64,000 bases of DNA, taken from Candidatus Fermentithermobacillaceae bacterium (lineage in GTDB: Bacteria > Bacillota > Sulfobacillia > Fermentithermobacillales > DUSS01). The stretch's first letter is position 1; each line of letters opens with the position of its first letter. This document shows, in pieces, positions 47,841 to 58,031 of this stretch. The notes below the pieces were generated by a model. That model saw only the letters and a program-made list of their open reading frames with translations. It ran no database searches and was not told where the DNA came from. Both the position numbers and the translations under genes were made by a program. The stretch is taken from assembly GCA_020725645.1 (NCBI GenBank), contig DYEQ01000030.1:2863-66862 (forward strand). The letters are read 5' to 3'.

Positions 47841-49268
47841 TCAGCACCTCCCGCCCTCAAGGAAATCCAGGAGCGCGGAAGCCTCCGCCTTCAGAATGAA
47901 TACCTTCACGCCGATGAGGTTTTCGAGGTCCTCTACGGTGAGGCCGTCCAAAAACAGGTTCTCGCCTTCTTTAAGACATACGTCGGGAAGAAGGATTCCT
48001 TTGGTCCTCAAGAGATCAATCTCGCCCCTCCGCGCCAGGGACAGTATGGCAACAGCCACATCCTGCCCGGTCAAAAGCCCCGTAGCTCCGGCTTCCGGCC
48101 CGAAAAACTCGTTGGCGACCTCCACCACTTTTACTGTCCGCTCTTCCGGGTCAACGTGCTTCTGGATCACATCGCGGATTTCCTTCGAAGCCATCCTTCC
48201 GGTGACTACCAGGAATTCCGGCGAATATGGGCGCTGTCCGTCGACAGCAGGTTGTGGACGGCATTCGATGCGCGCACCAGAGCCCGGCCCGTCGTTCAAG
48301 GTACTCAGCCTGCCCCGAGCCCGCCGGTTTCTCGCCCAAATCCGGGCGCTTCGCTGGAAGTCAGCTATGAGGCCGATGCCGTTTTCGTACTGGGGAAATT
48401 CCCTGTACCATCCCGCTTGAGGCACCGGTTCACCAGCTGTCAGGTAGAACTCGTCCGCCGCCCACACGAAGGGGTATTTCGCCTTTTTCATACAACCCCG
48501 CGCGAAATTCGAGACCTGAGCGAGTACCTGACGTGACCATTCCGGGTCGCGCGGCGGTGAAGGAGGGTGTTTCCTCCATCTCGTATAGACCGCCGGCACG
48601 ACGCCGCAAGACGCAACACCAGGCCACCGGCGAAACAGCCCTTCGAGGGTCTCATCGAGGACCTTGCCGTCGTTCCAACCGCGTACCAGGACGACCTGGG
48701 CGTGGACCGTTATACCCGCTTCCACCAGGCGATCGATATCTTCGTTAATACGACCGGCCCTTGGATTCCCCATGAGCTTGGCGCGGACGTCCGGGGCCAG
48801 AGCGTGCACGGAAACCCTTAACGGCGACATCCTGTGTGTTTCAATCCTCCGCCAATCGCTCTCCTGGAGGTTGGTGAGAGTTATGAAGTTACCCCATAAC
48901 ATGGAAAGGCGGTAATCATCATCGCGCAGGTACAAAGAGGGCCTGAGACCAGGGGGAAGCTGCCGTAGAAAACAAAAAACGCAATGGTTCTGACACGTCT
49001 TTATCCCATCGAACAGAAGTTCGGAGAACTCGATACCGGGTCCTGCACTTTCCCCCATATCGAGAAGGGCCCGCCTCATATGGCCTTCCCGCGTCCGGAA
49101 CTGGAGCTCGCAGGGCCCACCGGATGCGAGAAAGAGGAAATGCAGCTGGTCCAGGGGCCTTTCTCCGTTTACCTCAAGGATGAGGTCACCCTGTCTTATC
49201 CCGGCCAGGTCCGCAGGACTTCCACGCAGAACTCGTTTCACTTCTGCACCGCACCACATCCCCTGCAT
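47841..49268 (-). CDS. PDZ and radical SAM-like DUF512 protein
   Basis: GSPA..AGI..GD, CQNHCVFCF, DDDYRLS..GNFITLTN and QYENGIG; usual neighbour of der. Confidence 0.88.
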   Translation of the reverse strand: MQGMWCGAEVKRVLRGSPADLAGIRQGDLILEVNGERPLDQLHFLFLASGGPCELQFRTREGHMRRALLDMGESAGPGIEFSELLFDGIKTCQNHCVFCFLRQLPPGLRPSLYLRDDDYRLSMLWGNFITLTNLQESDWRRIETHRMSPLRVSVHALAPDVRAKLMGNPRAGRINEDIDRLVEAGITVHAQVVLVRGWNDGKVLDETLEGLFRRWPGVASCGVVPAVYTRWRKHPPSPPRDPEWSRQVLAQVSNFARGCMKKAKYPFVWAADEFYLTAGEPVPQAGWYREFPQYENGIGLIADFQRSARIWARNRRARGRLSTLNDGPGSGARIECRPQPAVDGQRPYSPEFLVVTGRMASKEIRDVIQKHVDPEERTVKVVEVANEFFGPEAGATGLLTGQDVAVAILSLARRGEIDLLRTKGILLPDVCLKEGENLFLDGLTVEDLENLIGVKVFILKAEASALLDFLEGGRC

Positions 49269-49851
49269 CCAGCCACAATACCTCCCCGTTTGACTGCCCT
49301 TCATTATCCCGCCACTTTCGTTCCAAATCAAGGGAGGTTTCGACCACCGCCTCCACCAGCTCGAGGCGACGGTAAAGTGACCGCGCGACGAGACACCTGC
49401 CCGCTTTAACCATCCCCACCCTCCGGGAAAGAAAGCCCCCGATTCTCGACTGCACGTCCAAAACGGCGCGAACATTAAAGAAAATGGCTCTAGCCTGGGG
49501 AAACTTTTGAGAAATCTTCCTCGCAAGAGCCATCTCCAGCTCCTTTCCAGCGACCCCGGTACCGAGGGCGTATACGTGACCGCCGAATCCATCGGTTCCC
49601 AGGAGAACAGGATTTCCGATCTCACCGGTTAACCGGCGATCGAAGAAGGGGAGATCGGAGATACTCTGGTATGTCGAAGGGCGCCGCCCTAGGTGGCACC
49701 ATCCCGCGACGACAGAAGCGTGCGTACCGGCATAGCAGCAATAGAATATCCGGGGTTCGCGGGGAGCCCTTTCCCGGAAAAGCTCTTCGATGGCAGCGAG
49801 GGCTCTCTTTGAAACCGGGTCGTCCAATCGAGATTCAGTGTTTGACCACAA
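49186..49851 (-). CDS. DUF3189-like protein; start uncertain
   Basis: IFYCCYAGTHASVVAG.CHLG; context next to YIEGIA genes. Confidence 0.7.
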   Translation of the reverse strand: MWSNTESRLDDPVSKRALAAIEELFRERAPREPRIFYCCYAGTHASVVAGWCHLGRRPSTYQSISDLPFFDRRLTGEIGNPVLLGTDGFGGHVYALGTGVAGKELEMALARKISQKFPQARAIFFNVRAVLDVQSRIGGFLSRRVGMVKAGRCLVARSLYRRLELVEAVVETSLDLERKWRDNEGQSNGEVLWLDAGDVVRCRSETSSAWKSCGPGRDKTG

Positions 49852-50023
49852 TCAGCATCCCGTCTCCGAGATCGTGCACTTGACCTTGAAGGATCCTGGA
49901 AAGGACCATAGCTACATGCTGCCGCCTGGACTCATCTGCGACCACGAAGGTCGGCGCACCCGAAGCTTTTTTCGAGTCATCTGTGATGATCGCCAGCACC
50001 GTCTTTTGAATCGTCACTTCCAC
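49835..50023 (-). CDS. small YIEGIA-associated protein
   Basis: VLAIIT...ASGAPTF...LSRIL..VHDL...LIVVKH, downstream of the YIEGIA gene. Confidence 0.75.
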   Translation of the reverse strand: MEVTIQKTVLAIITDDSKKASGAPTFVVADESRRQHVAMVLSRILQGQVHDLGDGMLIVVKH

Positions 50024-50063
50024 CTATGTATCAGCTCCGCTCTCGTCCTGTGTTAGCTCTTCA

Positions 50064-50172
50064 TTCGTCCTGCACCAACCCTTTGGTCCTGGCCGAGCCT
50101 TTCGTCCCGTATCAGTCCTTGGTCCTGTACCAGCCGTCCTTCCTGTCTCAAGCTTTCGTTCTGCGCAGGCTC
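50064..50172. repeat. degenerate 18-bp tandem repeat, about 6 copies
   Basis: Units resembling TTSGTCCTGYRCCAGCCT at 50064, 50083, 50101, 50119, 50137 and 50155. Confidence 0.7.
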
Positions 50173-50217
50173 CTGTTTACCGCCATTTGTCAGCACTGCT
50201 TTCTGTCACTAACCGTC

Positions 50218-51144
50218 TCAGTCCATGGCGTACCGCCCGGCCAAGGTCTTGGAACCTCTCCCTCGAGCCGATTCGAGGACCGGCACTCGCTTTATCACCG
50301 CCAGCATCGGTTCCTCGTCCTTCTCCGCCGGCATGAAGAACAGCCCGGCCCTGCCCGTTTCCAGGTCTCTCCTTATGACCGGTGAGAACTCTGGCGTGTC
50401 GAGGTCCTTCCTTATTCCCAGGATAGCTTGAAGGTCGTGAATGATGGCCTGCCTTTGCCCGAGATTGCCCAGGGTGTCGCGGGCATCCTCGTCCCGGGGG
50501 ATCAGGATCGCTCCAAGGCCCTTTTCCTCGATGGCGCGCCTGGATTCCTCAAGCCCGACGTTCATGATGAAAATGTCTCCCACATATAGATCCGGACCGC
50601 GGAAGCTCGGCGAGGCCCGCTTCACTTCCACGATGTCTCCGATGCGCCGCTTGCGTATGAAGAGCGCGGAGAACCCGAAAGCCAGTGCGCCCAGGACAAG
50701 GCCCCCGAGTACCGAAACGGCCTCAACGCCTATGGACGTCGCGGTAGACACGAAGATCACCACGTAGTACCTGGCCTCGAAGGTTTTCGCCATGTCTTCG
50801 ATGTAGTCGGCGCCCCTGGGAACGAGCTCGTTATCCTCCAGGGCCTTCAGGGACTTCCGCTCCATGTCCCGGATTCCCCGAAACTGTTGGGCGACGAGGA
50901 CGAGGAACGTCACGGCGGTCCATTCCTTCTCGAGCAGGGCCGGAACCGCCACCGCGCCGACCAGCGCCGCGATACCTCCGAGAAAGAGGTGGGATGCGTA
51001 CCCGTGGGGGTAGGTCGGATACTGACGGTAATCCGACCTGAGCATCCCCACCCTGGCAAGCATCCCCAAAAGAAATCCGAGGGCGATCGCCGGTCCGTGA
51101 GAGAAGGGCATGCCGGACCCGAGCTCCTTCAGCAATTCGGTCAC
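50218..51144 (-). CDS. YIEGIA-family membrane protein
   Basis: DYRQYPTYPHG and LVPRGADYIEDMAKTFEARY. Confidence 0.85.
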   Translation of the reverse strand: MTELLKELGSGMPFSHGPAIALGFLLGMLARVGMLRSDYRQYPTYPHGYASHLFLGGIAALVGAVAVPALLEKEWTAVTFLVLVAQQFRGIRDMERKSLKALEDNELVPRGADYIEDMAKTFEARYYVVIFVSTATSIGVEAVSVLGGLVLGALAFGFSALFIRKRRIGDIVEVKRASPSFRGPDLYVGDIFIMNVGLEESRRAIEEKGLGAILIPRDEDARDTLGNLGQRQAIIHDLQAILGIRKDLDTPEFSPVIRRDLETGRAGLFFMPAEKDEEPMLAVIKRVPVLESARGRGSKTLAGRYAMD

Positions 51145-52280
51145 GAACCCTCCCCTTCCCCTCCACGGCCTCCCCGGATTTTGACACCTCCCGTTCCGAA
51201 CCACCCGAGGATCTTGGCCTTCATCTCCTCCCAGCTGCCGGTCGATACCCAGAGGTAGATGAAGACGCCAGCGACCACCACTCCGACGAGCCATGCGATG
51301 GTCCGGCCAGCTCCTCCCGACTCGCGCCCCGCAGCCGGTCCAGTGGCGCTGAGAACGCTGGGAACCACCTCAGCTATGAGTCTTGCCCCGCGCTCCGCCG
51401 CATCCCGAGGCGTCTTTTCGGTTCCGACCTCCAAAAGCAGGGAGCGCTCGAAGAGGTCCTGGTTGAAGTCGGCTTTCCCCATTAAGATCCCTTTGATGAG
51501 TCCGGGATACTTCGAGTTGACGGCTTCTTTCAATCTCCTGGCGAATTCGAGGTTGGCCTGCATCTTGGGGTTCTGCCTTCCCACTACTATCATAGCTCTG
51601 GCCACTATCTCCCCACGTTTCTCCGTGAGATATGGTTCAGGTGGCCCGGCGTCCCTGTGTACGTCGAACATGGCAAGAGGGCGCTCTATTCTGAGGAGTC
51701 GTTGAGCTGTTCTGCGAGATCTGTCATAAGCTCGGGCGTCGTGGGGATCGTGAGACGTCGTGTCATGTCGCGGGACAAGGCCGGTTCTCCTGAGGGCATC
51801 CGCCAAACTCGAGCCCACCTTCATAATCCCGCCGGAGCCAGGAATAGCATCTGTTCCGTCCCCGGGAATGTACGACTCATCGGAATGGGTGTGATAGATG
51901 GCAACCTTGCCGGTGGTCACCGGAGCAGCTGCGATACCGATATCGGGAAGCGCTTCCATCTTCCCTTGAGACACAGCTGTAGCGGTGTCTCCCTCTACCC
52001 GCTGGATGACCCAGCGAACGTCATTTTCGTCGATGTACTCGTCGCCCTCGAACAAATGGTGTCCCGTGTAGAACAGGATGTTTCCATCGGGATCCTTTAC
52101 GGTAAAATGCCCGTCATCTCTTTCCCAGGCGCCGGTGGGCGAATCAGAGGCGGACTTCCCCTGAGTCCAGATGGCAGTTACATAAGTGATGATATAGTGA
52201 CCAAACCCCACCAGACCCAGAATGACCAGGATAGCTACTACACCCCAGAGCACTCTAACGTTCCTTTTCATCTTCCGCAC
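51141..52280 (-). CDS. spoIIP: stage II sporulation protein P
   Basis: IYHTHSDESY, AY.RSR, DVHRDA and FNQDL...LLLEVG. Confidence 0.9.
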   Translation of the reverse strand: MRKMKRNVRVLWGVVAILVILGLVGFGHYIITYVTAIWTQGKSASDSPTGAWERDDGHFTVKDPDGNILFYTGHHLFEGDEYIDENDVRWVIQRVEGDTATAVSQGKMEALPDIGIAAAPVTTGKVAIYHTHSDESYIPGDGTDAIPGSGGIMKVGSSLADALRRTGLVPRHDTTSHDPHDARAYDRSRRTAQRLLRIERPLAMFDVHRDAGPPEPYLTEKRGEIVARAMIVVGRQNPKMQANLEFARRLKEAVNSKYPGLIKGILMGKADFNQDLFERSLLLEVGTEKTPRDAAERGARLIAEVVPSVLSATGPAAGRESGGAGRTIAWLVGVVVAGVFIYLWVSTGSWEEMKAKILGWFGTGGVKIRGGRGGEGEGS

Positions 52281-52899
52281 CCCCCCGGCCCTTGAGCAGT
52301 CTTTCCCTGGTTTCTCCCACCAGCTCTACAAACAGCACCGCGAGTACGGATGCGATCACGGTGGCGTCGAAGGCGCCGGCCCCTCCGAAGGCGACCGCGC
52401 CCGGATAGCGCTTTATCCCCAGCTCAATCCAGTGCAGGATGTCAGAGAGAATGTAACCCCCGAGTCCCCCGACAAAGGCCGTCCGTCTCGAACGACCCGA
52501 TACAGCTGCCACGATCCCCGCCGCCAGACCGTAGATGAGTACCGGGCTCATCCTCATCCATTGCTCCTCAGGGCTCAAAACTTTGCCGAGACCCCATATG
52601 ACGAGACCGGTGACGATGAAGGCGACGACGGCCCTTACTTGCTCATCTCGCCTGTCCGCCGTGGCGATTAGCCATATAGCCACCGCCAGGGGGATAATCG
52701 CCCCTCCGACGTTGACCGTGACCGTCACGGGTGCGCGAAGCAGTGTAAACTCGAGATAGCTTCCGGCCGCCATCGCGAGAATGATGACCAGCGCAGCTCT
52801 GTCATTCAGCCGCATCCTGTCGAGGACGCGGTGAAGCACGCCGGTGAAGATCAGGATGGCCAGGACGGCCAGAATGATCGTACCCACAGGCAAACCCAT
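52255..52899 (-). CDS. DUF1614-like membrane protein
   Basis: RVLDRMRL, NVGGAIIPL, GRSRR and GGAGAFD. Confidence 0.8.
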   Translation of the reverse strand: MGLPVGTIILAVLAILIFTGVLHRVLDRMRLNDRAALVIILAMAAGSYLEFTLLRAPVTVTVNVGGAIIPLAVAIWLIATADRRDEQVRAVVAFIVTGLVIWGLGKVLSPEEQWMRMSPVLIYGLAAGIVAAVSGRSRRTAFVGGLGGYILSDILHWIELGIKRYPGAVAFGGAGAFDATVIASVLAVLFVELVGETRERLLKGRGGAEDEKER

Positions 52900-53273
52900 C
52901 GAACGTCACTCCCCCTTCAGCAATGACCCCATGACCACCGGGGATTTCGTATGGTAGCCTTTCCGTGGCCTTCCTGGGGATATACACGAGCATATCTACG
53001 CAATCGAGGCCGGTGAAAACGAGGACGCCCGCCGGACCGTTTGCGGCTGGCGGACGCCTTTGGACATGCGTCGAAGTACAACGATCTTGAAGCTATCTAT
53101 CTTTACTACCTATCATCCCAGCTACAACCATATCCTCCATCTTTAGGGCTTCCGGCGACACCTTCCCTCTCTATGCATCAGGTTACCCGTGCTCATTAAC
53201 CCTGGTCTCGTGCTTGTTCACCTTCTAAGGCTGTCCCGGTCCGATCTGCGTCTTGACCCTTAAGTCCTCTTCG

Positions 53274-55400
53274 TCAGCTGGCACTCTGGCTCTCCGGTTC
53301 GCCCCCGGACCCGGACCCTCCGGTGCCGGACTCCTCGGCGGATTCAGCCTTCTCCTCCGCTTTATCCCTCTGAGGTGAGGCGGCCGCCCTTGCTTCGGGC
53401 TCGATTTCCACGTCAGCTTCTCTGATGGAGAGCGCGATCCGGCGCTCGGCGGGTCTTACCCTCAACACCTTCGCTCTTACCGTATCCCCGACTTTGACCA
53501 CGTCTTCGGGGCGGGCGACCCGCTCGTAAGAAAGCTCCGAGATGTGCACGAGACCCTCTACTCCCGGTTCCAACTCAACGAAAGCGCCGAAAGGCGCGGT
53601 GCGAGTGACCACCCCGGTAACCACCGAACCCACGGGATACTTCGACTCCACAGTCTCCCAGGGATCGGGCAGGACCTGCTTTCGCCCCAGCGAAATCTTG
53701 CCCTTCTCCTTGTCTACCCGGAGTACCATCACGTCTATTTCGTCGCCTTCTTTGACCACTTCGGATGGGTGATGCACGCGACCCCACGCGAGCTCGGATA
53801 TGTGTAAGAGTCCGTCCACTCCCCCGAGGTCCACGAACACACCGAAGTCGGTGATACCCTTAACCACTCCGTGGCGAATTTGCCCCTCCGCTATGGTAGC
53901 CCACGTTTCTTCCTTGAGCCTTTCGTGCTCCTCCTCGAGAACCACCCTTTGAGACAGAATCACCCGGTTCTTCCGGCGGTCGAGTTCCAGCACCTTCATG
54001 CGGAGAGTCTTGCCGACGTACTTCCGGAGGTCCGACACATAGCCTCTCTCCACTTGAGAGGCGGGAACGAATCCCCTCACGCCCACATCGACAACAAGGC
54101 CGCCCTTGACTTCCTGAATCACGGGAGCTTCGATGGTCTTGCCTTCCACCCGGGCATTCTCCAGACGCTGCCAGGCCAGTTCCTCATCCGCCCGCCTCTT
54201 GGATAGTCGCAGACCACCTTCCCCGGAGTCCGCGGACAAAACGTAGACGGAAATCTCGTCGCCCGGCTTAATCTCGTGGTCGGGAGCTCCCCTTCTGGAA
54301 ATCTCGCCGGCAGGGATGAAACCCTCGGATTTCAGGCCTACGTCCACCATGGCACCGTTTTCATCGACGGAAACCACGGTACCTTTGATGATATCCCCCT
54401 GGCGGACTTCGGGTAACTCCTCGAACATCTCCTTGCCGCGAGCCATGTCATTGGCCTGGTCCCGGGTTTCTGGTGCCGGTTCTCCAGGTTCTCCGGGCTT
54501 TTCGGGCTCCTGGGACGGTGTAGTTGGAGTTTCCTCCTCTGGTTGGTCCTCACGATGCACGTTCTTCTCTAGCTCTGCCAACTTGCCTGCAACCTCCTTT
54601 ACTATCCGGTCGGGAGTTGAGGCGCCTGAAGTTATGCCCACTACCTTCTTGCCTCGTAACCACTCACTTTTGATCTCACCGGCCGTTCCGACTAAATAAG
54701 CTTCCGTTCCTGCCTGCCTTGCTATCTTCAGGAGCTGCCGGCAGTTGGCGCTCGCCTTGCCACCAACCACGAGCACCAGATCGCACTGTCTCGCAAGCTC
54801 CAGAGTAGCCTTTTGCCTTTCTCGGGTGGCCGGACAGATGGTCCTGGCCTCGGCCACATCCGCCCCTCGCTTCGTCAAAGCACCTACGACATCCAAAAAG
54901 TCCTCCTCCCGCGCGGTGGTTTGAGCTAGTACTCCCACCTTGCCGGAAATCTCCTGGTTCTCGATATCAACCGGCGACGCTACGGCCTTCGCGTTGTCGC
55001 CAGCTCTCGCCAGTATAGCTTTGACTTCGGGGTGGTTTTCATCACCCACCACGAAAACTTGCCTACCTTCTTCACGAAACCGGGAAGCTGCATCCTGAGC
55101 TCTGGCCACAAAAGGGCATGTGGCGTCCACTAAGTTTGACGCCCGCTTAGCGGCTTGTTGAGCCTCTTCAACGGGAGTCCCGTGAGTCCTGAGGATAACC
55201 GTTCCGCCCTCAACCGCGGAAAGATCGTTAACTATGCGGACGCCGGCATCTTCAAGCTCTCCGGTCACGTGTTCATTGTGAATGAGGGGACCTAAACTGA
55301 AGATAGGACGAGGACCATTGAGCAGAGCTTCCCGGACCTTCCGTAAAGCGTTCTCCACCCCTGGGCAGTAGCCCATGACCTTGGCAAACCGGATTTCCGT
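53274..55400 (-). CDS. ispH-rpsA: fused IspH (HMBPP reductase) and 30S ribosomal protein S1; probable ACG start
   Basis: GYCPGV, LIHN, DATCPFV, HPEV and TICPAT, followed by four S1 domains. Confidence 0.93.
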   Translation of the reverse strand, partial: TEIRFAKVMGYCPGVENALRKVREALLNGPRPIFSLGPLIHNEHVTGELEDAGVRIVNDLSAVEGGTVILRTHGTPVEEAQQAAKRASNLVDATCPFVARAQDAASRFREEGRQVFVVGDENHPEVKAILARAGDNAKAVASPVDIENQEISGKVGVLAQTTAREEDFLDVVGALTKRGADVAEARTICPATRERQKATLELARQCDLVLVVGGKASANCRQLLKIARQAGTEAYLVGTAGEIKSEWLRGKKVVGITSGASTPDRIVKEVAGKLAELEKNVHREDQPEEETPTTPSQEPEKPGEPGEPAPETRDQANDMARGKEMFEELPEVRQGDIIKGTVVSVDENGAMVDVGLKSEGFIPAGEISRRGAPDHEIKPGDEISVYVLSADSGEGGLRLSKRRADEELAWQRLENARVEGKTIEAPVIQEVKGGLVVDVGVRGFVPASQVERGYVSDLRKYVGKTLRMKVLELDRRKNRVILSQRVVLEEEHERLKEETWATIAEGQIRHGVVKGITDFGVFVDLGGVDGLLHISELAWGRVHHPSEVVKEGDEIDVMVLRVDKEKGKISLGRKQVLPDPWETVESKYPVGSVVTGVVTRTAPFGAFVELEPGVEGLVHISELSYERVARPEDVVKVGDTVRAKVLRVRPAERRIALSIREADVEIEPEARAAASPQRDKAEEKAESAEESGTGGSGSGGEPESQSAS

Positions 55401-55401
55401 T

Positions 55402-56004
55402 CTACACAGCCTCCCCCGGTTTAGCTTCGATCCACAGTTCCCGGATCGCAGTCATTATCTCCTGAGACGCGCCCTTCATCTCCTCGGTCATCTTCGCGTC
55501 TTGGTTGTGCTCCAGTTTGAAGGGTTCGCCGAAAAGGACACGTACCCTCTTTTTTTCCGACGGCGACGTACGGATCGCTACCGGAACGATGGGAGCGTCC
55601 GTCTTTAACGCTAGCAACGCAGCACCAGGGTGCGGGACACCCAGCCGGGTCCGGTCCCTCTGTCTCGTGCCCTCGGGGAATATCCCGAGGACCTCCCCTG
55701 CATCAAGTACCTTCAACCCTTCCCTGATAGCTCCTACGTGCGCCCTGCCTCTGTCCACCGGGAAAGCACCGAGCCATCTCAGAAGGGTTCCGAAAACCGG
55801 GTAGCTGAAGAGCTCTTTTTTGGCCATGAACCTGATGGGCCTCTTCAAGAGACAGCCCAGAATTACCGGGTCCCACCACGATATGTGGTTCGAACACAAG
55901 ATAACCGGGCCATGATCCGGCACTTTATCCAATCCACTAACCTCAAGGCGAAACGCAATCTTTACGATAATCGAAAACACAAACCGGATAAATCTATAAA
56001 ACAC
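55402..56004 (-). CDS. plsC: 1-acyl-sn-glycerol-3-phosphate acyltransferase
   Basis: NHISWWD, FMAKKELF and FPEGTR. Confidence 0.93.
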   Translation of the reverse strand: MFYRFIRFVFSIIVKIAFRLEVSGLDKVPDHGPVILCSNHISWWDPVILGCLLKRPIRFMAKKELFSYPVFGTLLRWLGAFPVDRGRAHVGAIREGLKVLDAGEVLGIFPEGTRQRDRTRLGVPHPGAALLALKTDAPIVPVAIRTSPSEKKRVRVLFGEPFKLEHNQDAKMTEEMKGASQEIMTAIRELWIEAKPGEAV

Positions 56005-56114
56005 CCCCGTTTCACCTCACATGCGCCCGGGGCGGTATGTGCCCGCTGACTTTATCTATCACCCGTATGCTACCACGGGCGGACTATCAGGGGCGGACTT
56101 TCGCCGACGTTCCC

Positions 56115-56879
56115 TTAAGCCCGGATGCTACCCGGACAGCCCCGGGAACCACCTGAGCCGGAGCACTGAACCGAGTTCCTCCCGGGGCACAGCTTAACTA
56201 TCATCAAAGCAACCTCTCGAGCGGTCTTCCCGGTGCTGTCGATGACCACCGCCCCGGAAACCCGTACGAGAGGTCCCGTTTTTCGGTTGACATCCGCCTC
56301 GTCCCTGGCCGCCATTTCCCGTTTGAGATCATCCCACGGGACGTCTTCGCCCCTATGGACCATCTCGTGCCATCGTCGCCGCACCCTTTCCCTGAACTCC
56401 GCGGTGAGATAGATTTTTAACTCGGCATCAGGCAGGACGACGCTGGTGATGTCCCGGCCTTCCATCACTACATCATTGAAAGTAGCTATTCCCCGCTGCA
56501 TCTTTACCATGAGTTGCCGTACCCGCGGGAAACGAGCTACGACCTTGACCGCACCATCGACCTCTCGCGAGTGGAGCTTTTCCGTAACATCCCGGGCACC
56601 CAGATACACTCTAAAGTCGCCCGTATCCCACCTGAAGCTCAGATCGCAACGCTCGGAAAGGGCCTCGAGATCCTCCTCTCGTTCGAGGTCCACCCCTCTT
56701 TCGAGAGCGGCAAGAGCCAGTCCCCTGTACATGGCTCCGGTATCCACATATACGTAACCGGTCAAATGCGAGACCATTTTCGCAACGGTGCTCTTTCCCG
56801 CACCTGCCGGTCCATCTATCGCGATTCTGACCCTTGACGAGTTTCCTGACGAGCTCGGCATGTCCATGCTGGGTGTCAC
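56115..56879 (-). CDS. cmk: cytidylate kinase
   Basis: IAIDGPAGAGKST, DTGAMYR and EGRDI. Confidence 0.95.
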   Translation of the reverse strand: MTPSMDMPSSSGNSSRVRIAIDGPAGAGKSTVAKMVSHLTGYVYVDTGAMYRGLALAALERGVDLEREEDLEALSERCDLSFRWDTGDFRVYLGARDVTEKLHSREVDGAVKVVARFPRVRQLMVKMQRGIATFNDVVMEGRDITSVVLPDAELKIYLTAEFRERVRRRWHEMVHRGEDVPWDDLKREMAARDEADVNRKTGPLVRVSGAVVIDSTGKTAREVALMIVKLCPGRNSVQCSGSGGSRGCPGSIRA

Positions 56880-56931
56880 ATTCTACGCAGCTGCTGAATT
56901 TCCTCTTTTATATGAGCAAATTGATTCCCTC

Positions 56932-57561
56932 TCAGCGGGTCGGGATTATATCCCACTGGTTCGTCGTCCCGGTGCTCGTGCTGCTCGAGCTCTGGTTGGG
57001 GCTACTCGTCGGGGTTTCGTTCTGCTGATTCACTGCCTTTATACCTACCCTGAAAAGGCCGAACGTCTGCTCCCCTTCAACCTCAAATCCCACAGGAGGA
57101 AATGCCACGTTTTCCGAAACTCCCGACACTATAATGCGAACCGTTTGGTTCGGTGCGTAAATCCCCAGCACGTCTCCATCCTTCACCCATACGGATCCGT
57201 CCTCCGGACGAAGAACCTTCAAGGGGAAACCGTTTTGAAGAATCCATACGGGCGACCTGGTCTGGCCAGCTATTTTCAGCACTACCAGCCCGTCGTAACC
57301 GGTTTCATGAGGGCCCACATAGGTGGGGAACCACACAGGCTCCCCTTCTTCAAGAGCGGGAAACCCTTCTTCCAGTGGGATGCCCTCCAAGCGAACGGCG
57401 GGAGAAAGGGCGCGTCTTAAGTACTCGAAGCGCAAGAGTCCCTGAGCGACGCCCAGGACACACAAGGATAGAACCAGAATGCGAAAAAGCCACCTGTCAA
57501 AGGCCATGTCGCCGTCGCTCTTTGTACACCGGGCACCATTTCGTTTATCCGTTTTCCCCAC
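56932..57561 (-). CDS. hypothetical membrane-anchored protein
   Basis: N-terminal TM helix, beta-rich domain, Ser/Thr-rich tail; collinear with cmk. Confidence 0.6.
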   Translation of the reverse strand: MGKTDKRNGARCTKSDGDMAFDRWLFRILVLSLCVLGVAQGLLRFEYLRRALSPAVRLEGIPLEEGFPALEEGEPVWFPTYVGPHETGYDGLVVLKIAGQTRSPVWILQNGFPLKVLRPEDGSVWVKDGDVLGIYAPNQTVRIIVSGVSENVAFPPVGFEVEGEQTFGLFRVGIKAVNQQNETPTSSPNQSSSSTSTGTTNQWDIIPTR

Positions 57562-58031
57562 GTCAGCTCACCACTTTTTTCGGGTACGCGTCCACCTGTG
57601 CCGGGGCTTTACCGGCCTGGCCGCTGTTAGCTTCACCGTGCGCCGCCGAAATCTGGCCGCACCCCCGCTTATCCACCCTACAGTCGCCGAACCCCGAAAA
57701 CGTCAGTTCACGGTGATTTGCGCGCTGATCTGCGTATCTGTATCATCTCTATAATTGCCCGGAACAGGTAATGACAACGCGTATTGCAGCATGAAGCCCT
57801 CTTTTACCTGGGTTGACGTTCCGTGCGGATCAGATCTTTGATTAGTAGTTTGACCCATGTCCCCTGGCTTTGCCGGCCAATTCGGCCTGGTTGCGAAGGA
57901 GGCCATCCGTTGTTACGACCGTGCCCTGAAGATCGACCCTCAGTTCACCGATGCTTTGGAAAACAAGAGGCTTCTGTCCGGCCTGCGTTGAATGGATCAC
58001 CGGTTAACTACCTCGGCCGGGGTGAACGAAC

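Noticed and set aside
49269..49625. Long N-terminal extension of the DUF512 ORF
   Set aside because: It overlaps the DUF3189-like gene; a better RBS and start exist at 49268
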